Below, one piece after another: positions 31,711 to 42,370 of a stretch of DNA of 64,000 nucleotides (position 1 is the stretch's first letter; each line of letters begins with the position of its first letter). The DNA lies in assembly GCA_035297365.1 (NCBI GenBank), contig DATGZA010000015.1, positions 1 to 64,000 of the forward strand. The letters are read 5' to 3'. This DNA is from Nitrososphaeraceae archaeon. Lineage in GTDB: Archaea; Thermoproteota; Nitrososphaeria; Nitrososphaerales; Nitrososphaeraceae. The notes beneath the pieces were generated by a model. That model searched no databases, was not told the origin of the DNA, and saw nothing but the letters and a program-made list of their open reading frames with translations. Made by a program: the position numbers and the translations under genes.

Positions 31711-32097
31711 GAAAGAAATAGAACTTCCACTTTTATTGTATTCCACTGTTTTTATGTATATTTTCGTAGTTTAGGTTTTCTTAATACGTAAAGGATAATA
31801 GTCTTTAAGGAAGCGAAGAAAAAGTTACGTGTTTGTGTAGAATTGGATATAAAGATGCATCAGTAAAATCTATAAAATAAACGAAAAGAGAGTAACAGCT
31901 CTCATTATAGATGACACTATGATTCAAATTGTTAATCAAGATTTGTAGTTATGGTTTTATATAGAACCAATAATCAATTCTGTTCCTGGAATTCACATCT
32001 CTGAAGATAAAATATTTGTTTGTGGCAGAAAAAATCATCAAATCTTTGGTTCAAAGATATGGAAAACATACTGATGTTTATGTTGACAATGATACTA
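31711..32097 (+). mobile_element. Degenerate IS6-like DDE transposase remnant
   Basis: Fragments ERNRTS..., KRVTALIIDDTMIQI...*LWFYIEP...GIHISE, then frameshift to FVAEKIIKSLVQRYGKHT.VYVD; stops and shifts present; no IRs seen. Confidence 0.75.
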
Positions 32098-32254
32098 AAT
32101 CAATAAATATTTATTTTAATTTTGACTTTAATACAGATGAGGCTATCTTACCTTAGCAGAACCATAAAATATAGTCATTTTATTTACACTACCATAAAAT
32201 AGTTCTATTACTGCTTATATAGTTAATAATTGATAAATAAACATCTAGAAAAGT

Positions 32255-33034
32255 ATGGTAAATACAGACGCCAATTCAAAGTATTTAGATTCGGATTCTC
32301 CTACCTTGCCAACGAGATACGGACATGAAGCGTCAATCTTTATAAAATCCATTACGAAAAAATTTCCATATCTTATCGCAATTATTATTGTATTAATCTC
32401 ATTAACTGTTCTAGATTTGTCGGCTGATATGGGATTAAAATTGATTATCGCCGATAAATCTATTGATACGTTGATTATTTCTTTATCTTTAATCATGCTT
32501 GTGATTTTAACAATCGTTCTTAGACCTCTATTTAAATTTGAGCGCCTATTGGAAAAATGGGCCGATCTTTTTGAAAAAAATTCATTAACTGCGGAGATTA
32601 AAATGATAATTTCTAACAGAAACAAGGATGAAGTTTTATCTTCTGTATCATCAATTCTTGAACCAATAAACGACCCTCTGCAAAATTACCTGGAAACAAG
32701 ACCTGTTCATGATGAATTCTTCGACGTCAATTTTGGTGGAAATGTATTTAATATCATGGTAGATAATACAACCGTAAAAAACGATAACGAGCTTTCTCGT
32801 TCCATGAAGGAATACGGTGCAATAATTATTAATATTTATGATGAGTTGGTTAATACGAAAATCATTAATTCTTTTATTAAGGCGCTAAAGGAGTATTCTT
32901 ATAAAAATAAAATTGGTCTTGCCTTAATCGTTTCAGAAGAGATTTCTAGAGATGTGTATGATTTAGTTCACTTATCGACTGATGACGTTGCCAAAAAAAT
33001 TATATTGGTTGAAAAACCTACTATTGTAATTTAA
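32255..33034 (+). CDS. Hypothetical membrane protein (2 TM + soluble domain)
   Basis: Two hydrophobic helices at about residues 38-92. Confidence 0.75.
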   Translation: MVNTDANSKYLDSDSPTLPTRYGHEASIFIKSITKKFPYLIAIIIVLISLTVLDLSADMGLKLIIADKSIDTLIISLSLIMLVILTIVLRPLFKFERLLEKWADLFEKNSLTAEIKMIISNRNKDEVLSSVSSILEPINDPLQNYLETRPVHDEFFDVNFGGNVFNIMVDNTTVKNDNELSRSMKEYGAIIINIYDELVNTKIINSFIKALKEYSYKNKIGLALIVSEEISRDVYDLVHLSTDDVAKKIILVEKPTIVI

Positions 33035-33050
33035 CTGCTTCAAATATCTT

Positions 33051-33359
33051 TCAACTAATCATTTCATTGCTAGTTCTTACAAACAAGAGAAAATCCTTAA
33101 CCCACTTCAAATATTCAGATATTCCTTTCTGGGTTATTGTATAAAATCTCGCATTTGATGTTTCTATCGAGGATACATAACCATTTTGTTCTAATTTATT
33201 TAAAAGCATAGAGATCCTGTCTGGCCGCTGTTGTTTTATTTCTTGAATTTTGGTCATTATGTGGTATTTACTAACCGGAGTATTCTTGGAATTCAGGCAT
33301 AAATACTCCAATATTGTGAGCATTGTGTATTCAGCGGAGAATCTTTTCGGTTTTCCCAA
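33051..33359 (-). CDS. Winged-helix transcriptional regulator
   Basis: LNKLEQNGYV...YTITQKG wing motif. Confidence 0.85.
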   Translation of the reverse strand: MGKPKRFSAEYTMLTILEYLCLNSKNTPVSKYHIMTKIQEIKQQRPDRISMLLNKLEQNGYVSSIETSNARFYTITQKGISEYLKWVKDFLLFVRTSNEMIS

Positions 33360-34673
33360 TTAATAAAGCGAAGCAATATTGTTCACACTGACATATATAT
33401 ACATCTATTTCGTCCTAAAGTTGCATAAAAATAAGAGAAACTTTATCTGATATTTAATAAAATAATCGAAAATCTAGATTAGGACGATAGATTGTCATGT
33501 TATATGACTTTCTATACTCTCCTCATGTTTGCATATGGGAAAAAAACAATTATATTTACACACTGGGTCACAAATAATTATTGTTCCAAGAATAGAATAT
33601 TGAAACAAAAATAGCGTGATTCGAAGATATGTACTCAGATATATTTGCATCTGTTTCTATGGTCATTAATGATCTCTTTTCTATAAGGTATTACAGGAAT
33701 TTATTAATAAAAACAATAATGCAACGCCAAAAATATTATTTCATTTCTCATTAAAATTAGTCATCAATGACATATATTAGCTGATATAAATTCGAAAAGA
33801 AGAAGTCTAAAAAAATAGTCTGTACTGATAAGATAACAAGTTATCAATAATACTTGTTGCAGGAATAAATTTTTAAAAATACAGTAATAAAGGGGTCATA
33901 ATTAGAAAGGATTTTGGATAAATAGGACTAACAGGTATAATAGTGAACTCAGTTTTAGTAATAAAGTTTTAGTAATGGGTAAAATACAAAGTTCAAGTCT
34001 TATGTTATTAAGAGGCACATAATAATATGAAAAATATAATAGGAATGCAGAAATAAGATGAAAAAACTCAATCTAAGTTCCTTACGATAGACTTGATATG
34101 GTAAAAGTGTTGAATGTGCAATCAAAAGTTTTTGGGAACATAGGATGTTTATATAAACACGGATGGAAATATAAAGACTTTCAAATTTTTAGTGTTAATT
34201 TTTGACAGACTAATATATTAGTTGTTTACATGTCTCTTTACAATCAAATTGGTAATCCTACTGCTAATCTAGCTATCTTCAGCCGCTGTGTTCATTTATA
34301 TCCATCATTGAAAATTATAATTATACTTCTATTTGTTGTCATTTAATATTTGTAAATACCAAAATGATTCACGTCAATATTTCCTACAAAATCTAGTATT
34401 TTTGGTTATGAGAATTAGACGGAAATTTGTAAATTTACCTTATTGTAATAAATCTATATTTTTGAAGTATTTTTGAAAAATAATAATTTACGAAAATATA
34501 TAATAATAAGTTTTGCGAAAATAACAAAGATTGGATCATACGAATAATATATTGATTGTAAGAGTAATTGTTAATTACTATAGCTATCTAAAGAATTTTT
34601 TCAGAAAAATAGTTGTTATATTTATGTTTTATATAACAAAATAGTAGAAATAAGTTTCTCTTATCAAAACCAT

Positions 34674-34707
34674 GTAACAAAGTTCTATGTATTCTGAACT
34701 TTGTTAC
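34674..34707. promoter_or_regulatory. Perfect 12-bp inverted repeat, candidate operator
   Basis: GTAACAAAGTTC-N10-GAACTTTGTTAC just upstream of a TATA-like TTATTATA and the 34744 gene. Confidence 0.6.
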
Positions 34708-34743
34708 TTCAGTGTTATTATAATATCTTAAGAAAATACTAAT

Positions 34744-35196
34744 GTGCTTTCAAAAATACTAGTTTATGTTCTTGCTGGAATAGTAGTATCTACTGCCGTC
34801 GTATATTTTTATGTAGCTTCGGGAGAGTACTCGGACTTGATCGATTTTATTGATGCTGGAGTAATGGGTGAAATACAGGAAAAGCAGATTGAGATGACAT
34901 TGTTCTTGAGTACTGGAATAGGTTATATGGTTACTGTAATTTGGATGCTAAAGAAAAAACTTTCATCAGTATTACCTTATATAGTTCTGACAGCAGGTTC
35001 GATCGCCCTGATAGGAATTTATATTGCTTCACGAACTGTGGGAGTTCCTCCAATAGGAATAGAGTATTATATTGGAAAAATGGATATAACATCTAAGATT
35101 TTGCAGGTATTGATATCAGGATTGTCTGTATATCTGATTTGTTCTATACAGAGAGGTAAGGAAAGGAAACTGGTAGATATCGAAGCTAAAAAATAG
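34744..35196 (+). CDS. Hypothetical 4-TM membrane protein
   Basis: Four hydrophobic segments; Y.ASRTVG.P..G.E...G..D..SK.LQ. Confidence 0.8.
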   Translation: MLSKILVYVLAGIVVSTAVVYFYVASGEYSDLIDFIDAGVMGEIQEKQIEMTLFLSTGIGYMVTVIWMLKKKLSSVLPYIVLTAGSIALIGIYIASRTVGVPPIGIEYYIGKMDITSKILQVLISGLSVYLICSIQRGKERKLVDIEAKK

Positions 35197-35405
35197 TTTA
35201 GAATGTGTCTTGTATCAAGACAATAGTGTAAAAAGATAGAGTTCCAGGATCATTTTTTATCCTCATTTTATTTTATGCCTGTAAGAAATATAACGTCATT
35301 AATAATTAATAATTATTTTAATATATTTTTAAATATTAATAACATGGTAACAATAAATTACGAAATAAGAAATGTATATATATCGATTATCTGTACCCTT
35401 TTTTT

Positions 35406-35771
35406 ATGTATACAAAAAAGATTTTATCAGGAATAAGTGCAACAGTATTAGCTTTTGCATTTTTGTTATCAGCAAACAGTACTGTACCTTCATTCTCCCA
35501 AACCGATAACACAACCAGTTCAGCTGATGTGTCTCAAACGGGCCCATTTTCTGAAGAAATTAAATTATTACAAGATGCGATTGGAGCAATAAATAATGGT
35601 GATACAAATCAGGCAAAAAAACTTCTTATTCAAGTTGAGGGCTTGATGGAGGATATGCCAGATAAAACTGCAGAAAAGCGGGTAGAAGCGGCTATTAAAA
35701 TGGTAAAAGACGGAAACAAAGATGCTGCATTAATGCATACCAATGAAGCAATAAAACTGCTTCAACCTTAG
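35406..35771 (+). CDS. Small secreted helical protein with internal repeat
   Basis: Signal peptide; AIGAINNGDTNQAKKLL / AIKMVKDGNKDAALMH. Confidence 0.8.
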   Translation: MYTKKILSGISATVLAFAFLLSANSTVPSFSQTDNTTSSADVSQTGPFSEEIKLLQDAIGAINNGDTNQAKKLLIQVEGLMEDMPDKTAEKRVEAAIKMVKDGNKDAALMHTNEAIKLLQP

Positions 35772-35849
35772 GCAACCTTTCTCACCTTTTATCTTTTTTT
35801 AAAAAAATTATATACATTTGATATTTAGCAGTCAGTTAATTTAGAATGT

Positions 35850-36311
35850 TTATTTTGCAATCTTTAATAAATCAAGTGATGCAATATCAAGGTTTTTAAT
35901 AATCTCTTTTCGAAAATTAATAGTAAATAATGTTTCTAAGAAGCAAATCCTTAGTATTTCTTTTTCATCTTCCTTCAAATTCTTTATTGCTTTAATTACA
36001 GGCGGAATTAATTTAGAAATCAGATCAGATCTTTTGACTATTTCTTCAAGATAGATCTGCATGATATAGGTAATTTTTTTATTATCAAACTTTGAGAGAA
36101 CTTCAAACCACGTTGTAATTAATTCTTGAAAAGTATTTACATCTACATTTGGTATGGATTCCAATACTAAATTAATTATTTCGATTTGATCATCTTTCTC
36201 TAATTTATAAAAATCTCGAAGTTTATTTTTTATTATTGGTTTTCGTAAAAAAACTTGCAGATTAGCTAGAATCTCTATGACATTTTCAGTTGTTTGGGGA
36301 GTTGCAGACAC
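35850..36311 (-). CDS. Hypothetical helical protein
   Basis: 153-aa ORF, coding-like, divergent from purA. Confidence 0.75.
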   Translation of the reverse strand: MSATPQTTENVIEILANLQVFLRKPIIKNKLRDFYKLEKDDQIEIINLVLESIPNVDVNTFQELITTWFEVLSKFDNKKITYIMQIYLEEIVKRSDLISKLIPPVIKAIKNLKEDEKEILRICFLETLFTINFRKEIIKNLDIASLDLLKIAK

Positions 36312-36450
36312 TAAAAATAATTAACTGGGTTTGCTAATATATGTAATTCCTTTTAAGCGTTTTTGTTTTCAAAAAGCCGGCATCATAGAAAAAACTTTTA
36401 TTCAGTCCTGTAAATCATGAAATAAATATAGATGATTTTTACTCTCTTTT

Positions 36451-37452
36451 ATGGGATGTATTGTAGTTGTCGGCGGATTTTTTGGCGACGAAGGTAAAGG
36501 AAAGATTGTAGCTTATATTGTAAATAAGGATAATACTAGTCTTGCAGCAAGAGGTGGAGTGGGACCCAACGCTGGTCATACCTTTGTAGTGGGTGACAAA
36601 ACATTCAAAGTTAGGATGTTACCTAGTGCTGCTCTCAATACAAAGACGAAATTGGCAATTGGTGCAGGGGTTTTAGTTAATCCCGAAGTATTGATTCAAG
36701 AAATTACATCATTTGATGTACACAAAAGAACCTTTATTGATGGGAATTGCGGTATAATTTCTAAGGAACATATTCGAAAGGATCTTTCTACAAACCATTT
36801 AAAAAATAACATAGGAACGACTGGTACAGGTACTGGACCTGCAAATTCCGACAGAGCTTTACGAATATTAACATTAGCCAAGGATCAGGCTGAATTAAAA
36901 GATTATATTTCTGATGTTAGTTCGATGATTCATTACCATTTGGACAAAAAAGAAGATGTTCTTATAGAAGGGACACAAGGAACTTTTCTGTCGCTATTTC
37001 ACGGTGGCTATCCATTCGTCACATCAAAAGATGTAACTGCATCCTCTATATGTGCAGATGTGGGCATTGGTCCAAAAAATGTAGATGAGGTATTGGTCGT
37101 ATTCAAATCTTATGTTACCAGAGTAGGTGCAGGTCCATTAGAAAATGAATTGGACAGAGATGAGTCTGTCAAGCGAGGATGGTTGGAATTTGGAAGTGTT
37201 ACCGGACGGGAACGGAGGTCGTCACCCTTTAATATCGAGATGGCAAAGAAAGCAATTCGTCTCAATGGTGCAACTAGTCTTGCTATAACAAAAATGGATG
37301 TTTTATACCCTCAGACTGCGGGAATTACGGAATATTCAAAACTTCCAATCAATGCACGAAATTTTATTGAAAACATCGAGTCAGAACTAGGTCTTAAGGT
37401 AGTTCTAATTGGAACCGGTGCGGACGTAAATGCTGTGATAGATAGAAGGTAA
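36451..37452 (+). CDS. purA: Adenylosuccinate synthetase (short archaeal form)
   Basis: GDEGKGK, GPNAGHT, EGTQG, YPFVTS, VTGR.RR, TK.D. Confidence 0.97.
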   Translation: MGCIVVVGGFFGDEGKGKIVAYIVNKDNTSLAARGGVGPNAGHTFVVGDKTFKVRMLPSAALNTKTKLAIGAGVLVNPEVLIQEITSFDVHKRTFIDGNCGIISKEHIRKDLSTNHLKNNIGTTGTGTGPANSDRALRILTLAKDQAELKDYISDVSSMIHYHLDKKEDVLIEGTQGTFLSLFHGGYPFVTSKDVTASSICADVGIGPKNVDEVLVVFKSYVTRVGAGPLENELDRDESVKRGWLEFGSVTGRERRSSPFNIEMAKKAIRLNGATSLAITKMDVLYPQTAGITEYSKLPINARNFIENIESELGLKVVLIGTGADVNAVIDRR

Positions 37453-37588
37453 TAGGATTACAAATTTATTCAATAATTGAGACATACTTCAACTAGCTAT
37501 TCGTGTTACCTGTAGAAAAAGAATAAAGACCCGGCCAAATTAATATTAAACTTAAAAAATAGCAATACCAATTTTATCTAATACCAAT

Positions 37589-38146
37589 TTATCTTTTAAG
37601 GATTGTTTTTTTTACGATTATCATCAAATTATTTCTGATTTCTCTTAAATTATTTAAAAGAGATTCATGATTATCATAATCCAAATTTTGCAAGTGTTGC
37701 TTTAATTCTATAACCAACTTTTTATTATCTACAATCTTTCTATTCTTTTTTTTACTAACGATCTTATTAGTGGAATAAGTATCCATTAAATTGTATTTTT
37801 TTAATCTGAGCTGAAGTATAGAATATTCAATCCAGCTGTATGCTTTCCATATATTGTTTTCATTCTCATTGAGGGTTTTTTCATGTTCATATATTATTTT
37901 ATTATTTACGGGATTGTGCGTGTTTGGAGTTTGAATTACATGTTGATAAGTACAAAAACTTTTATTTTTTATATTTTTTGCATTTTTTTTATTTTTTTTT
38001 ATATTTGGGTTTTTATTATTTTCCATGTTTTTGGAACTTTGTGCAATTTTTTGACCATCATTTAAGTTATCAAGATAAATTTCAAGATATTTGATACTGT
38101 TATTGACAATTTCTCTGATCGTACTGTGGATGTCGTCACCATTCAA
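37589..38146 (-). CDS. Hypothetical Asn/Lys-rich protein
   Basis: 185-aa ORF; IWKAYSWIEYSILQLRL core. Confidence 0.6.
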   Translation of the reverse strand: MNGDDIHSTIREIVNNSIKYLEIYLDNLNDGQKIAQSSKNMENNKNPNIKKNKKNAKNIKNKSFCTYQHVIQTPNTHNPVNNKIIYEHEKTLNENENNIWKAYSWIEYSILQLRLKKYNLMDTYSTNKIVSKKKNRKIVDNKKLVIELKQHLQNLDYDNHESLLNNLREIRNNLMIIVKKTILKR

Positions 38147-38305
38147 TATAAATATCGTTGATACATCTACAAGCCAACAATATAATGATTATTATTTATT
38201 AGATTATAAACTCCAAAAAAAAATATCAGAAGATCATTTGAGGATAATAATAGCATCTCTTTTTGATTTAATCTTAAAAAAGAAATTCACCTTTTATCCT
38301 AACAT

Positions 38306-38650
38306 TTAGGCTTTTTCTACTTCTACTGTGCATTTCGTTACAACACCTGCTATAACCCCTAATGCAGCAAGCCAGGGTGCCAACGCAATTGTTGCTACGA
38401 TACCAGCTGTACCCCAAGTAATTGGAATGGAAACCATTACCTTACCCTTTTCATCTTTTACTATAATTCTCCTAACATTTGCAGCCTGCATCATTTCTTT
38501 AACTTTTCCGATAAGATTTTCGCCTGAAACTTGGTAGACATCTTTTTTTATTCCTATTTGTGTTCCGCAATTAAGACAGAATTTTGAGTTTAAAGGAAGT
38601 TCAGTACCACAATCATTACAATTTGTCATATCTAGTAGTTGGAACGTCAA
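38306..38650 (-). CDS. Zinc-ribbon + DUF4342 protein
   Basis: CNDCG...KFCLNCG; KVKE....NVRRII.K...IP...AP.LAALG......CTVEV. Confidence 0.85.
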   Translation of the reverse strand: MTFQLLDMTNCNDCGTELPLNSKFCLNCGTQIGIKKDVYQVSGENLIGKVKEMMQAANVRRIIVKDEKGKVMVSIPITWGTAGIVATIALAPWLAALGVIAGVVTKCTVEVEKA

Positions 38651-38932
38651 GTTTATTTCCTTATCGTATTAGTTACTTTATACTTTTAATAGATAAACTA
38701 AAGCTAAAATTCTGACCATTTTCACTTGACAAAGATAGAAATTGATTGTCAAATTATGATTCGTTCTGAATTATGAATTTTAATATTCTATAGCAATAGT
38801 GCAATTTAGAAGAGTTCAAAGTAAATCATAAAAAGAGAAAAAATTCTGCGAATGCCTGACCCGGAGTAAATTTCATCTCCATTAGGAAATTTTGCATAAA
38901 TATTAATTACCTTCATCTTTGAAGATACTTGC

Positions 38933-39634
38933 TTGGAATTAAAATCACCTTTCTACGTTGAAATATTAAATTTAAATAATTTTGGTAGACTTGTTTGCGC
39001 TTTAGAGCGCTCTCCTCTGCCTTCCTTTTCTGTTCATCTTAAGGATGTACATATTTTTTCTGTACAAACCGAATTCATTGGCGGTATTCCTGTAATCTAC
39101 TTTGTAAAATATCCTGAGAATCAAAGTAGCGTACAGTCACCATCATATCAGTACCTTGCATATAGATGTACAAGTTCAACTGAAACTGTCTTTCCAGTTG
39201 AAACTGCCTCAAATCCACTCTACGTTTATTCTCCTATCATTAACATAGAGAAATTACCCTCAGTTATGGAAAAGAGTTCAAGAAAGAGCAAAAAGCTAGC
39301 ATATACAAAAATAAAATTACGTGACCTGTCAAGCCTTGCAAAAGTTGCCGCGTATAAGACTATTTATGACGAACCGCCATTGCCCGTTTTTGCATTCAGG
39401 AATAAAAAGAATGGAAAATACTCGCTTGGCTCATCATTAAATTTTATGGATAATGATAGTTTAACTTATTATTATTACTTGAATATAGATTTTGAACCTG
39501 GCAATTTTCTAAAATATTCTAGCCAGAAATCTGAAAAACCAATATTTACAAATAACACAGAAGAACACGGATACATATATCTAAAAGTAGTACATCTAGT
39601 GCAAGAACACCCTCTTGTGATTAATGATGAATAA
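38933..39634 (+). CDS. Hypothetical protein; 3' end overlaps the pyrF start
   Basis: 233-aa ORF with TTG start; 11-nt overlap with next CDS. Confidence 0.8.
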   Translation: MELKSPFYVEILNLNNFGRLVCALERSPLPSFSVHLKDVHIFSVQTEFIGGIPVIYFVKYPENQSSVQSPSYQYLAYRCTSSTETVFPVETASNPLYVYSPIINIEKLPSVMEKSSRKSKKLAYTKIKLRDLSSLAKVAAYKTIYDEPPLPVFAFRNKKNGKYSLGSSLNFMDNDSLTYYYYLNIDFEPGNFLKYSSQKSEKPIFTNNTEEHGYIYLKVVHLVQEHPLVINDE

Positions 39635-40448
39635 TTATTCAGAACCTTATCGATCTCGAATACGTTATTCATCTTTAGAAAAGAAAACTCCGCTTATCCT
39701 TGCATTAGATTTTGAGAGTATTGATGATTCATTATTTCAAAGATGCAATATTTTAATTTCAGACTTAGGGGAAAAGTTGTGTGCACTGAAAGTCAATTTT
39801 CATTTACTTTTATCTTTATCAAGGAAAGAGATACTAGATTTGAACAAATTTGCACGAGAAAATAATCTTCAGGTAATCGCAGACATAAAACTAAATGATA
39901 TTGGAAATACTAATAAGATAACGGTTAACAAATTATGCGATTTAGGATTTGACGCAGTAATAATGAATCCATTTATAGGAATTACAGAGACAAAATCTCT
40001 CATTGATTATGCTCATTCTTTGAAATTCGGAGTTATATGTCTGTTATTTATGAGTCATCCCGGTGTAATAGAGGGATATGGGTTAAAGATAGTAACCTCA
40101 AATCCGCCAGATTCAATATTCCATAAATGTGAAAAACATTCAAACAAAAATGAATTTATGTATATTTATAATTTATTTTATAAATATGGCAAATCCAGCA
40201 ATACTGATGGGTTTGTTATTGGTGCTACCAGAACCGAAATAATAAAGGAAATATCAACTTTAGACAAAGGAGAAATACCAATTTATTCTCCAGGATTATT
40301 AACTCAAGGAGGGAATATAACCAAGACAATCAATTCCGGAGCCGATTTTTTAATCGTGGGCAGATTCATCTTGCACTCTAAAAGTCCCATACAAAAAACT
40401 GATTATCTTTTAAAAGAAATTAGAAAAAACAAACGATTTCAATATTGA
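39624..40448 (+). CDS. pyrF: Orotidine-5'-phosphate decarboxylase
   Basis: LILALD, ADIKLNDIGNT, MSHP, GAT, SPG...QGG, IVGR. Confidence 0.92.
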   Translation: MMNNYSEPYRSRIRYSSLEKKTPLILALDFESIDDSLFQRCNILISDLGEKLCALKVNFHLLLSLSRKEILDLNKFARENNLQVIADIKLNDIGNTNKITVNKLCDLGFDAVIMNPFIGITETKSLIDYAHSLKFGVICLLFMSHPGVIEGYGLKIVTSNPPDSIFHKCEKHSNKNEFMYIYNLFYKYGKSSNTDGFVIGATRTEIIKEISTLDKGEIPIYSPGLLTQGGNITKTINSGADFLIVGRFILHSKSPIQKTDYLLKEIRKNKRFQY

Positions 40449-40556
40449 CATGTCACAAACTAAGTACGTAAATTAATTCAGACAAGTTGATAGAATTGAT
40501 TTCGTCATTTTTAAAAGGTAAAAAATAAAAACAATTTAAAAACGAAAGACGTCTTA

Positions 40557-41453
40557 TTACAGATCGACAAACCTCTTATACAAATAAACTCTTTGGTCAA
40601 TATCTTTATTTGTTAAGTCTATCATTCTGTTCACCCCATAATCTTCTACAACAAATGAGCCCATGATATTTCCATAAACCGCACCCTCTTTCATGGCACT
40701 TTCACTTATCTTTCTATTCTTTGCCAGATAACCTAAAAATCCACCGGCAAAACAATCACCTGCGCCTGTGGGATCGACCACAATTTCGATGGGAAATGCG
40801 GGTGACAAAAAAATGATATCATTATAAAACAACATGGAACCATGTTCTCCTTTTTTGATAATTACAAAATCTCTTACCATCTCTTTTATTTTCTTCGCGC
40901 ATTTTATCAAATTATGCTCTTTTGTGAGCAAACGTGCTTCTTGTGCATCGATTATAATTCCATTTACCCTTTTCATCATTTCCACGACTTCGTCAAATTT
41001 ATTATGAATCCAATATTCAATAGTATCACATACAACCATTTGCGGGTCACTAAATAAATCAAGCATTTTCATATTTTGAACAGGATCATTGTTGGCAAGG
41101 AAAATAAATTTTGAATCAATATATTCTTCTGGAATTACAGGTTGAAAATTTTCGATCACATTCAATTCTGTCTTGTTTGATGTTCTTATGGTCAATGTTT
41201 CGTCAAATGACGAATCATAATGGAAAGTCTTTCCATTATTTTTTATCACAACTCCTTTTGTATTGACGTTATTATTCAAAATTTCCCTATATTTCATTGG
41301 AAAATCGGAACCGATTATCCCAACGATATTAGTAGACACATACTTCGATGCAGATAGAGATGAATACGTAGCAGCACCTCCCATTATTCTTGTTACGGTT
41401 CTTGTACGAGTTCTTGTTGTATCAAGAGCAATTGTCCCAAAAATTGTAAGCAT
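40557..41453 (-). CDS. PfkB family carbohydrate kinase
   Basis: MGGAA, KKGEHG, DPTGAGD.FAGG. Confidence 0.93.
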   Translation of the reverse strand: MLTIFGTIALDTTRTRTRTVTRIMGGAATYSSLSASKYVSTNIVGIIGSDFPMKYREILNNNVNTKGVVIKNNGKTFHYDSSFDETLTIRTSNKTELNVIENFQPVIPEEYIDSKFIFLANNDPVQNMKMLDLFSDPQMVVCDTIEYWIHNKFDEVVEMMKRVNGIIIDAQEARLLTKEHNLIKCAKKIKEMVRDFVIIKKGEHGSMLFYNDIIFLSPAFPIEIVVDPTGAGDCFAGGFLGYLAKNRKISESAMKEGAVYGNIMGSFVVEDYGVNRMIDLTNKDIDQRVYLYKRFVDL

Positions 41454-41555
41454 CTTTATTATAGATTTATCTTGGTGTGTGGGGATTATAAAAATTAATT
41501 CTTATACCCAACTAAGATAGGTACATATCATGGGTCTTCTAACTCTCAAGTTAGA

Positions 41556-42134
41556 ATGAGGATAATAGTCGGGATCACAGGTAGCTCTGGAGTAATTTAT
41601 GGAATCAAGATAATGGAATCGTTTCATTCACTTGACATTGAAACACACCTGATATTAAGTGAATGGGGTGCAAATACCATTAAGATAGAGACTGACACAG
41701 ATCCTAGTAAGGTTAAATCCTTAGCTACTTATTGTTATGATAATAAAAATATGGCCGCTCCAATCTCAAGTGGTTCTTTTAGAACTGATGGAATGGTAAT
41801 AATTCCTTGCAGCATGAAAACCCTTGCAAGCATTTCAAATGGATTTGATGATACTTTGATTTCCAGAGCTGCAAATGTTTGTATCAAAGAAAATAGAAAA
41901 TTGATTATAGTGCCAAGAGAAACCCCTCTTTCAAAAATTCACCTGGAAAACATGGTCAAACTTTCAGCATTGGGGGTTACTGTCTTGCCAGCGATGCCAG
42001 GATTCTACTTCAGACCTTCTTCATTGGACGATATCATTTTTCATATAGTAGGAAAAGTGTTGGATCAATTTAACATCGAACATAATTTGTTTAAAAGATG
42101 GGGCAACAAAAAATCAAATAGTGAAATTGTGTAG
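41556..42134 (+). CDS. ubiX: Flavin prenyltransferase
   Basis: GITGSSG, ISSGS, PCSMKTLA, PRETP, PGFY. Confidence 0.96.
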   Translation: MRIIVGITGSSGVIYGIKIMESFHSLDIETHLILSEWGANTIKIETDTDPSKVKSLATYCYDNKNMAAPISSGSFRTDGMVIIPCSMKTLASISNGFDDTLISRAANVCIKENRKLIIVPRETPLSKIHLENMVKLSALGVTVLPAMPGFYFRPSSLDDIIFHIVGKVLDQFNIEHNLFKRWGNKKSNSEIV

Positions 42135-42370
42135 TTATAATTTTAACGTTTTAAATGTTTCCATATAATTAGGTAAATAAACAATACAAGACGGCTAATA
42201 ATTTTATCATATATTAAATGTTTATGAATTCATGTAGCTTATGTAAAATATGCGTTTCAGATTGTATATTCGTGTATCCGTGTATCTCTAATTATACACG
42301 TATTATCCTTTCAATTTTCAAAACTCTAATTTATGTTTACCTTAAAACTGGTAAAGTTTTACATAAACTT

